DNA of 61,340 bases, filler included, from Dirinaria sp. TL-2023a (lineage: Eukaryota): assembly GCA_051941275.1 (NCBI GenBank). It is 4 parts of 4 records of this genome, joined end to end, with 100 filler letters (N's around TTAATTAATTAA, not from the genome) between each part and the next. Parts side by side here need not be neighbours in the genome. Positions count along the whole stretch, not along the records: positions 1 to 15,303 come from JAVEBF010000555.1; positions 15,404 to 30,692 come from JAVEBF010000556.1; 2 more parts are not named here. One strand, 5' to 3'. Below are positions 10,276 to 20,482 of this stretch, piece after piece. Made by a program: the position numbers and the translations under genes. Below the pieces are notes generated by a model, which saw nothing but the letters and a program-made list of their open reading frames with translations, did no database searches and was not told the origin of the DNA. Positions within the stretch are counted from its first letter, which is position 1. Every line of letters starts with the position of its first letter.

Positions 10276-13200
10276 ATGTATTTCAGCTACATTGCAACCG
10301 CGACGGTAGCCGTCGTGGGCTCCCTTTTTGCAAGCAGACATGAAAACATCGCTGCCCAACGCCACCAGGTCGCTCAAACTGGTGATTTTCAACCCCGCTG
10401 GGGGCTCAAATGCGATTCGGTCGCAGATTACATAGACGGGTTCGCGTCTGCCGAGTGCGGACCGTTTAAGTACGACCCCAAGCCTGACCAACATCTCTTC
10501 GCCGTAAATCACCCTGCTCCTGTTCAGGAGGTATTATCAGTGGTCGACACCAAAGCCAAGGATGATGACGAAGATGAAGACAGCAAAGGATCGCGTAAGT
10601 CTTGCTCTTTCCGACGTGGTGATCTACACTGACATGTTTTTAGTCTTGGGGTTATTACCATACTCTTCCCCGGGTTGCAACTGCGTACTCGACTCCACAG
10701 TTGGAGGTGGGAACGACGACAACGATGGATTTTGTAAGTCATGTGTTTTTTCCCCCCAAAGTGTTGATCTCAGCTGACAAATCTTTAGTCGCGGGTTTCC
10801 CCCTATCCCCTTGGGTGGGCTATGCCTTCATGACCGTGCTGGGCCTCGAGGTTGCGCTTGCTATCTTCGTCGCATGCGGCTTTATCCTGCTCATCGCTTG
10901 GTGGGTGTGCTCTCAGGCTGCCGGCTTCGTCAAACGTCTCTTCATCGCTTCCTCTACTTTATCACCTGCTCAGCGCGTGGCACGCCTTCACAATAAAGTG
11001 TTAAGGGCAGGTAGAGTTGAAGACGATGGGCAGTTGAGATACTCGCTGGACTCGATCGTGCAGTTCGATCAGAACATCACCACCAACAAGAACAATCTGG
11101 AAACCGAGCTCCGGACAAGAATTACTCAACATGACCAAGAGCTCCGGGATCGGGATACCGAGCTCAAGGATCGGGACACCAAGTTGAGTACCGCGGACGA
11201 CAAATATCAGCAGCTCCTCACCGAAACGGACAACAAGTACAAGCAGCTCGAGCAGCAGAAGCGCGACGAGGCAAAGCAATTCGCCGAGGACAAGTCGGAA
11301 TGGTCTGCCGTGCGCACCGACTTGGAGAAACAATTAGCTATAGGCGATGACACTGTGAACCTTTTGAACGATTTCCGAGAGCAGGACAGTAAAGCGAGAA
11401 AAGAAATCGAGAGAAAGGCCGCAATGTACAAGGATTGGTACGAAGATAGACGGGTCCGCGTCAAATATTTCCGGGATCTGAACGGCATGTTGGCCCAGGA
11501 TCTCGCAACAGCCAAAGCTCAAGCACCACGGATCGACACTGCAAAAGTGGACGAGTTGACCGCGCAACTCACGGAACTCCGCGCCCAACACGAAGACGTT
11601 CTCCTAACCCAAGGATGGAACCTGAGTGGGGCAAACATTCAGATCGGCCAACTCTCTCGAGAAGCAGCTCAGCTGCGTGAGCAGCTGACTGCGAAGAACG
11701 GAGAGTGTGGGAAGCTCGAGCAGCAGCTCAAGACGAAGACCGGAGAGAACGCCAAGCTCGAAGAGCAACTGAGTACGAAGACCGGAGAGTACAAGAAGCT
11801 CGAGGACATTCAATCCGAGCTCGGCAAACGACGTTCGCAATTACAAGCTCGGCTCAAGACGAGTTACTCCGAGAGGAACAAGACTGATCGGGAAGTGAAA
11901 CGGGTGAATCTCGAGCATGACAAGCTGAAGGGAGAATCCCAAGCGCTCAAGGCCCAGCTTGAATGCGCTCAACAAGAGATCGCGCTGTCCAGGATGCGCC
12001 ACACTCAAGCCGTTCAAGGTATTCAGGCCGAGCAGCGACTCAGGGCTCGAATCATTCGATCAGCCAATACACGTACTCGTGCTCTCCGCTCGAAGTTTGA
12101 GCGAAAACTTCGTCAACAACGTGAGCTGCTGCGTAAGCGATCGAACACGGAGGGGCAAAAGCCAAAGGAACCAGAGCCAGAGGCAGAATCTGGAGGGAAT
12201 GGCGATGATTCGCCACCACCAGGCCCGGCTCCTGGTCCTTCGAACCCAGTGCCCGCTCCAGAAGACTTGCCGGGTCCTTGGGAATTCCTTGGTGAGACGC
12301 CCCGCAGCCCGGGGGGAGGACTCGACTTCTCGTCGACCTTCCCGCCAATGTCGCCGATAGGGTCGATCCACAGCCTATCCTCCATGCCTCCGCCCTCCAT
12401 GCCTGAGTTCGGGTTTCTTGGCAACGAGCCCAGTGGGTCTTCGTCTGATCCGGCTGCTCCCACCTCTGCGCCTGGCCTCCCTCCCCAGGATTCTGCCCCG
12501 ACTAAAGAGACCGAGTCGTCAATTGATCCGGCAGCATTGGCATTGCCTGAGCCAACTCTGGAAGAAATCCAGTCTCTTTCGATGGATCCAGCTGTGATCG
12601 CTCTGCCTGAGCCAACCCCAGAAGAAGCGGAGTCTCTTTCGACGGACCCAGCGACGATCGCTTTGCCTGAGCCAACCCCAGAAGAAGCGGAGTCTCTTTC
12701 GACGGACCCGGCAACGATCGCTTTGCCCGAGCCAACTCCAGAAGAAGCGGAGTCTCTATCGACGGAGCCAGCAGTGATCGCTCTCCCTGAGCCAACACCG
12801 GAAGAGACCAAGTCTCTAGTCACGGAGCCAGCAGTGACTGCTCTGCCCGAGCCAACCTCGCAAGAGGCCGAATCTCTCACAACAGATCCAGCGGCAATTC
12901 CGATGCCTGATTCAAAGCCGGACGAGACCGAGTGCTTAATGAATGACTCAACCAAGACTTCCCCACCGCTGCCAACCGCTGCAGAGACCGTTGCAGAGAC
13001 CGCTGCAGAGACGAAGTCGCCGTCAACGCTGCCGAGTAATACTGAACAGGAGCAGCAGCCGCACGGGCAGCCGCACGAGGACACAGAAATGGCGGACAAT
13101 GATTCGCTTTTCGGAGGCTCGGACATGGACATCGATGATGTTCACGAGGGCAACGACGATGCATCGATGGAGGATCCCTCGCGTTCCGACGAGGATGAGG

Positions 13201-14546
13201 ACATGCCACCCGCTCCGCCGGCAGACGAGCATGGATCAGAAGACACTGACATGGCTCCAGCGCCACCAATGGAAGACCCGCCAGCTGCGCCTCAGCCAAT
13301 AGTAGCTGCACCACAGAATTGGCGTCCATCTCCTGTACCTCAGCCAGTAACAGCTTTAAGACAGAATTGGCGTCCATCCCCTGTGCCTCAGCCATTGGCG
13401 GCTGCACCATCCAGCTCGGTCATGGACTTTTACCGGAATAGGTACACCGCGCCCAGCGAACCACTTCCAGTCAATCCGGCGAACGAAAGTAGGGCTATTA
13501 CGGGCAATGCACCACGTGCAACCGGGGGCCGAGCACCAATTTACGACCCGTTGGGGAGAGGTGCCATGCCGGTTCCCGCTACAGCTCCGGCGACGCCGTC
13601 AATCCTTAGCTCCAGCGGAACTCGACCATCGGCAGTGTACGATCCACTGTCGATGAGCCCCAATCGGCCAGCTCCGGTCGCTGGACCGACACCGATCCCC
13701 CGCCTGACTCCAAGTCCACAGGGATCCGGTCCTTCCGGAGGTGCCTCCTTGGCTTCGTTGACATCGCCTGCGCCCTCGACCCCGATGCCTCAGCCCCGCT
13801 CCAACATCCCCGGCCTGTTCCTAAATGATCACTTCCCGGCGCCTGGATTCCGCTCCAGCCCTACTCCTGCACCGGCACCCGCTTCTCGTGCCGAGTCAAG
13901 CGAGGAAGGAGTTTCGAGCCAGTTACCTGCGGGTCGGAAGGTGCGAGAGATAAAGCGGATAAAGACATCGTCTTGCCAACCAGAGAACCGTAGAGCACCG
14001 CAAGGTGCTCCTGGCAAGGTTCAAACAACATCTGGTTCCAGCATTTTGGCCCAAGCGGCCTCCGCAGCCTCGGCCTTCCCAACGAACTACTCCTTTTCTT
14101 TTGGTGGTCCTTCGACTCAACCATCTGTCTCCTCCACGGCTCCGGCATCAACTGGCTCAATTTTTTCTTTTGGTGCCCAGCAACCTGGTGGAGAGGCAAA
14201 AGAGCCGGAGAAGTCTCTAAAGCAGAGACAAGAAGGACTCCATCAAGCTGAGGCAGAGTATAAAGTGGCACTGAGGAGCAAAGACGAGCTCACCATCGCA
14301 GAAGCCCGATTCAAGATGTCAGAAGCCAGACTGGCGTTGGCGAAATGCGGCAGAAACCAAATGATACGATTAAAAACTCAGGCTGAAGTGGCTGAAGACC
14401 GGTTGAAGCTTGCGAAGGTGCGCGGAGACGAAATTGCGATTGAGGCCGCTGAAATCTGGTCCAAAGAAGCGAAGCTGAAAGAGACGACATATCGGATGAA
14501 CCTCAAAGATTTGGCGGCCCGTGAAGAGGCAAGTCGGATGAACTGA
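10276..14546 (+). CDS. Orphan ~1390-aa protein: N-terminal hydrophobic leader, one TM region, long coiled coil, Pro/Glu-rich tandem repeats; exons 10276-10594, 10644-10733, 10789-14546
   Basis: Two GTAAGT...CTGAC...TAG introns (10595-10643, 10734-10788) join ORFs 10276, 10562 and 10701 in frame. TATTTAAA at ~10041 is followed by a CT-rich tract. TM: VLGLEVALAIFVACGFILLIAWWV. Confidence 0.8.
11676..11803 (+). repeat. ~3 x 42-nt in-frame repeat (14-aa double heptad, EQQLxTKTGExxKL)
   Basis: Units gagcagctgactgcgaagaacggagag, cagcagctcaagacgaagaccggagag and gagcaactgagtacgaagaccggagag recur at 42-nt spacing. Confidence 0.85.
12522..12941 (+). repeat. 7 x 60-nt coding tandem repeat (20 aa, TDPATIALPEPTPEEAESLS)
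   Basis: Units start at 12522, 12582, 12642, 12702, 12762, 12822 and 12882. Central units are near identical and the outer ones are diverged. Confidence 0.95.
13290..13410 (+). repeat. ~2.5 x 48-nt coding repeat (PQPxxAxxQNWRPSPV)
   Basis: cagaattggcgtccatc occurs twice, and cctcagcca occurs three times at 48-nt spacing. Confidence 0.8.
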
Positions 14547-14665
14547 GTAAATCCGCAGCAACACTCAAGTACCGGCGGTTTACGTCCTCCAAGTATATCC
14601 TGCATCTTTGATCACTAATCTGTCGACTCTCAACCACCTCCACTATCCGCTGCGACATCTTGCGA

Positions 14666-15013
14666 TCAATTGATCGAAATTTCGAAGCTCATCATGTCAC
14701 CCATTGCATGGTTCGAGCATCTGAATTCTTAGATCTTGACTGCGAGGCTGTTGATTTCTACCTCTCTTCAGCATCATCTGCCGTCTTTGTGGGTGGGTCA
14801 ATCGATCGGACTTGGGAAGTTGATTGCATGGTTTGGATATCCGGTGCTCCTCGCACTGGTCATGAATTATTTTAAGGGTCATGGATCACCGCCAATCGTC
14901 TTCCAAGCGTCTTCACCGCCATCTGCAGTATCTTTCAGTCAATCGATCGGATATCCGAAGCTCACTATGTCATCAATTGCATAGTTCGAGCATCAGAATT
15001 TCTGGATCTTGAC
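14666..15013 (+). repeat. Degenerate non-coding direct repeat: two ~76-nt copies (14666-14741, 14939-15013) plus a partial middle copy (~14797-14841)
   Basis: tcaattgatcgaaatttcgaagctcatcatgtcacccattgcatggttcgagcatctgaattcttagatcttgact vs tcaatcgatcggatatccgaagctcactatgtcatcaattgcatagttcgagcatcagaatttctggatcttgact; about 80% identical, mostly transitions. Confidence 0.8.
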
Positions 15014-15303
15014 TACTTGATCACCGCTTGGAAAGCCAGATACCTGTCATGATCGCGATGAACCATATAATGTCAAACGGAAGACGCACTGGATCGGAGT
15101 CGAATGTCACTAGGTCAGGATTTATAAATGGGCTTGAGGCACACTGAATGAAAGCGCATGGGCAGGGAAGGCTGAGAATGGAGGGCAATGGAGATACAGC
15201 GGAGGAAAGCCGTCATCGAAACATCATACCTTATTCATTGGGCGAAGAAGAAGTCGAGAGAAGAGCACATCGCGAGAAAAGCAGCAGCTGAAAAGCACTC
15301 ATC

Positions 15304-15403
15304 NNNNNNNNNNNNNNNNNNNNNNNNNNNNNNNNNNNNNNNNNNNNTTAATTAATTAANNNNNNNNNNNNNNNNNNNNNNNNNNNNNNNNNNNNNNNNN
15401 NNN
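15304..15403. other. Artificial contig-joining spacer (N44-TTAATTAATTAA-N44)
   Basis: Exactly 100 nt; the palindromic core has stops in all six frames; identical to the other two spacers. Confidence 0.98.
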
Positions 15404-16501
15404 CCCTCCTGCAGTCTGTGGTCAGCATGTCGACGTGATGTCCCTCAACAAATCGAAGCGCTGGTGCATGATAGCGTACAGAATCTGGGAAGCCATAGCG
15501 TCGGATCCCAGTCTTGCCGTTGTATCGGGAGTGCAGATGAAGTCTTCAAATTTTTCTTTCCATTTCAAATAGAAGAAAATCCTGCCCAACATTCAAAGAT
15601 GCGCGAAATCGAATGTTCCGGCGTTCGTGGCTTCAGTCGTGATCCAAGCCTGATTCAAAAGCAAGGCATTGACCCTCACTACAGTGCGGTGGACGCCTAC
15701 AAGCACCTGGCACCCATAATTGACACAGATCGAGGCATGGAGTGGCTCATGGGTCTTACTCAGTCGAAAGGCGCAAAATTCCACACAGAGACCATCAACG
15801 ACGACCTTTTCATGCAAGAGGAAATCCTGCTCAACCGCTTCTCAGCCGCTGTTCTCATCAACTGTATCGGTATCTCAGCCCACACGCTCGCAAACGACAA
15901 AACCTGCTATCCCCTCCGAGGAGCCCTGATCCGCGTTCTCAACGACGGCACCGACTTTTCAAAGGTTCACTCCTCGCTCGTCATCGCCGCTGACGCAGCG
16001 CACGACAATGAAATTGTTTTCATAGTTCCCCGGAATGATAACGTTCATCTTATTGATGGTATTGCTCAGCCTCACAAGGGGGAGCTCGACCTGACCCTTG
16101 AGTCCCCCGAAACCCAACGCATGCGTTGCCGCGCGGAGGCTTTTCTCCCTGGACTCAAAAATGCCCGTCTTGATCCCGAATATCCGCTCGCTCAGAGTTT
16201 GCGACCGGCACGTGAACGCAATATTCGTGTCGAGCGCGAACTGCGAACACGAACTGTTATGCTGCACGGCGAACAGGTAGAACAGCCCAGTCGAATCATC
16301 CATTCTTATGGTCACGGTGGCTTCGGATGGAGTTTGAGCTTTGGATGCGCTGCAGATGTGGCAGAGCTGGTCGAGAACGTACTACATAATCTTCCTGCAG
16401 CGGACATGAAATCACACGAAAGCATTGAAGCTGGAGATGCGCATGTCCAAGCACTAAGGAATCAGAGTTTAAGAAATCAGTCTATCAGAGCGGTATTGTG
16501 A
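15404..16501 (+). pseudogene. D-amino-acid oxidase-like FAD oxidoreductase, 5'-truncated by the contig edge and frameshifted (pseudogene or homopolymer error)
   Basis: The frame from 15405 reads PPAVCGQHVDVMSLNKSKRWCMIAYRIWE...KSSNF, then needs one extra T in the T5 run (15551-15555) to join FFPFQIEE...YPLRG...IVFIVPR...LRP...IIHSYGHGGFGWSLSFGCA (DAO C-terminal motif). Confidence 0.75.
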
Positions 16502-17565
16502 AAATGTCTAAGGAGTAGTGTCCTTGAAAAAGAGTATGTAAAATGTGACGGAGTAAGACGTTGGGCAAAGTTGAAACCTTAGCAACGGATTCATGTTTGA
16601 AGTCTGTATCATAGCCTGTTTACTTGCAATACTGAGTGAAAGAGCTTTCGCATCGTGTAAAGCTTATTGCAAAGATGTGAGACATGTAAATCTGCGACCT
16701 AGAATCAATTTTCGAATGAGTTCGTTTACTGATTTTTGATCGCGATTCACCAATCTACACATCAAACCATCTTTAGCACTAGCTGTGCAGGAACGCTTAG
16801 ATTACGAAAAATAGATGTCGTCAAGTTTCTTGCTCGAGTCGTCTCTGTGCATTAATGAAAAGTCGTTTGATGATGGGATACGCTGCTTATGAATGTATTT
16901 AGATACTTGAATTTTGAGGATCTCTAACATTTGGAACATCACAGACTAGGCCACTAAATGCATACTATTTGATACTCGAAAGTCTGTCATCTCTACAATT
17001 TTCCCTCTCTTCTAGAAGTTCTGCTTATCTCTAGCTTCCAGATATGTTTGCAGCATGGAAACCTCTGCATTTATTTGCTTCTTGACGCTATTTGTTAAGT
17101 GCTCTGCACCTTCTTCGCACTTACGCTTCTCACTTCTCAGTATCATCATGATTGTAGTATAACCTTTTTTTAACATCATAAAATGACTTGATCAATGCAT
17201 TTTGCCCGGAATCCCATAAGACATTTATGATAGCGTCGACCTCGTATGTAGAGATCGTTAGAAATGGGTGTTCTTACTCCTACCGATATTTTCAACACTT
17301 CTTAACGAGTTAATCCTATGATACTTGTTAACACGGACCAATAATCAAGGAGGGTTCCCAACACTAGTTTATCACTATACCTTAAACAGCTTCATAGCTC
17401 GATCGATCATCACAGACCTATTCATCACCACCCGCGTTCAGACATCGAAACACTGATCTTGGCGGGTGTCCTATTTATTTGACTTGATTAACCTTAATCT
17501 CCAGTCATCAATTTATCCTACATTGAGTCAAAGAAAGCGATTTGGAACGATTCAAGGCATTTACA

Positions 17566-18907
17566 ATGGCATTGGACCTTCTGTTGTTCGCCTTATGCTT
17601 GATGAGCATTATTTTCTCCTTCGAGACTCTTCGTCTTTCCAAATATCATGTCTCAGAACATATGAAGAACCGCGGCAGAAAAGAATCAGACATTGACGAA
17701 AATCATCCGAATGCTACTAGCATTGAAACTCTTCGTGAAGATTGGCGAAAGCGCCGACGCTCGTTAAAAAGATCAAGGCAACACAAAAATCGTTTCAGCC
17801 GCCAACACAATACCGCAATAACTACCACTAACACGAGAGATCCAAAGGAGAACCTCTCCCAATCACAGTTCGTACCAGTCAAGATGGGAATGAATCAGTT
17901 AGTAAAGCTCCTGGGATCAGACCGCCGCTGTCTCTCGGGCTCACGGCGCTTCATCAATCATTTCCCAATCGATGCAAAGAAACCCTTATCGACTCCAAAT
18001 ACCGCGCAGGTAAGCTTTACTCCTTGCGAACTCGCGGCGCCTCCCAACTTCTTCGGATTGTACATACATAACCTTCATGTGGAGCAGGCTAATGATGTCT
18101 ACTACAATAGCTGCGGAGCCCCTTTTTCCAGAAACTGCCATATGAGCTAAGAGAGCTCATATACCGTCAGCTATTGGTGTCGCAATTGCCTATAGAGAAT
18201 CCAGCTATGATCATGCATAAGTCGGAGCCCACGATCAAAATGCGTGCAAGCATCCAGATCGATGGGGACGCCAGCAGTTTTGGCATCGATCCGTCCATTC
18301 TGCGTGTTTGTTGGAAATCTTACACCGAGGGGCTACCCGTGTTGTACGAGAAGAACGTCTTCAAATTTCACTGCGCGACATCTCTCACGTGCTTTCGATT
18401 CGAAGATCTTCCACTCGTTCAGCACATCCACGATAGGCGTCAGATACAATCGGTATTCTTCGCTCAGCTAACTCGCCATGGACGATTTTCAAGGGTTCGG
18501 AGGCTGAAGATTGATCTTGGTAATGATTACGATCATTTCAAAGGTCTTTTAGAGGAGTGCTTCGGCATCTATAGGCAACGAGCCTCGCTGATTGCAAAAT
18601 GGGCACAACTCCTTCAAACCAGCGCGCATAGAGACGGGTCCGCATTTATCAAATTCCCGATGCTAGAAGAGTTGGAACTCGACTTCTCAGAATTGAGATT
18701 AGGCGCCGATGACCGATTGGATGTAAGTCATGTTGGGAGCAACGTATGACGGTGCTGACATGACTCCAGGTGCGCCCCTGGATCCAGAAATTCCGAGGAC
18801 AAACAGGGCTTAAATCGCTTATAATTACCGGAGTGCTAAGCCTCGAGACTTTGCAGAAATTGAGAAAGGGGCTCTTGCGCGAGGGTGGCTTTTTTGAGTG
18901 CTGGTGA
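17566..18907 (+). CDS. F-box-like fungal hypothetical protein; exons ~17566-18009, 18111-18722, 18770-18907 (start uncertain)
   Basis: GT-AG introns 18010-18110 and 18723-18769 keep the frame. Exon 2 begins LRSPFFQKLPYELRELIYRQLL and contains ILRVCWKSYTEGLPVLYEKNVFKF, a pattern typical of fungal F-box-like/DUF7730-type proteins. Confidence 0.7.
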
Positions 18908-20482
18908 GCAGAGATTCAGCGTCGAAGACTTAAAGGCTGCTGCTGTTTGGAGTTGTCATGCTCGTTCAATTGGGGGATGCGGAGAAGTATACTGCTTGAA
19001 GGAGCACAGGAAATAAACAAGTAATCAATGTTCTCGAAAAAATAGATGTTTCGTCTTCCTCGTTGATGGAAAGCTAAGTCTTCTACTAGACCGAGTTCTT
19101 CGCACAAGCATGCGTCCACCCACAAATGTCCTGGACTACTAGCTCAATCAGCTCCTCTTCTTAGAGCTCGTAGATTACTCCCCTTTTCAAAGCCCACGAA
19201 TAAGTGCATTCAGTCATGACGTTTTGCCCTCGACTACCACTTGGCCAATTCAACTTGAATTGATGTTATAACCCACCTTAGAACAGCGAGAATTTTCCAC
19301 CAACGGTTCGACACGCAATCTCCTGATAGCGGTCCATCGGTATACACAGCTGTCACATGTAAAGTAGACCACAATAGCCCCAATCAATGGTGATCCCACA
19401 AGGTATGATTTCATGAGACTTCAAGTGTCAACAGACTTTTGTGGAGATATGTCCAAGAAAAGCGTTGCAGCAACCAGTGCAGTAGGTCAAACCTTTGTAT
19501 AGCCGAAGCTATTTGAGAACTCGCATTGATCCGAACTGGGTTGCTGTTTTCAGACGCTAGAAAGCATTTTTGGAATCCTACGATAATCATATCAGATGCA
19601 ATGACCAGCCGCAATACACGATCGAGACTAAATGCCCATTCTCCACGTCCTCTCACTTTCCTTCAAGCGTCTTCAGAATCAGCAAGATTCAGCACTGAAT
19701 GATGGAACTGACGGTGAGAAATCGTGAAATTCTGGACAAGAAACGGATGCCAAGGCGATCGGAATCTTAAAAGATGCTTATGATATTGAAAAGCGTCGAG
19801 TTTGTGTCGAGCGATGCCTTTCTGCTGGGAAGTCCTGCTCTCGATAATTTATTTTCGGAGGCGATGAAATAATAGCTGTTTTTCAGCTATTGTCGATTTT
19901 GTCGTGTCGATCTATTGATGCAGACGATATTATACAAAGATGATTGTACCCATGAAAGCTCTATGAATCGAGCCTTACGAATGCAAGACAAGTTTTCTAC
20001 TCTGAAAACATTCTCTCTTTTTCAGACGCAAGTAATTCCCTGTCGGAGATTTGATGAGTACTCGTACAGTCCGTAACAGCACAGAGACGAAAGAATCCAG
20101 ACTATTCCCATCCGTATGAGCAACACTTTGTAAAACCTCATTCCGACACAATCCAACATCTTTGTCTGATGGAAACCTCGATACAGATGAACGTGTGTAT
20201 ACTCGCGAATTTCTTCTCATCTTTCAAACCATTCCTCGGCCTATGATCCACACTTCTAGCCACGCGGATGATGTCCGCGCTTAGCCCGTACTCCACGTAG
20301 TCTACTTCCACGAACTCATCTTCATTTCGATATTTAGAGACCAGGACAGATCGACGACTCTGAGGCTGTGATTAGCGTTCCTCGGTACATCGATAGTCTT
20401 CGCTATGCGCTCACTCGCTACTAAAAGACGGACAGTGATCAAGGAAACCAAGAAGCGCGAGAGATACGATTTCTGAGCAATC

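Noticed and set aside
12522..12941. 60-nt periodic array as CRISPR-like
   Set aside because: No unique spacers; in-frame coding repeats inside a eukaryotic gene.
14709..14722. GGTTCGAGCATC as a tRNA/SINE B-box
   Set aside because: Imperfect match, no A-box at proper spacing and no cloverleaf.
15348..15359. TTAATTAATTAA palindrome recurring every ~15.3 kb as a biological repeat or piggyBac TTAA site
   Set aside because: Always centred in 88 N's; a synthetic six-frame-stop linker.
19400..20260. Possible degraded minus-strand gene with a hydrophobic N-terminus (MRFYKVLLIRMGIVWILSSLCCYGLY)
   Set aside because: Early stop and no recognisable motif; cannot be supported without a search.
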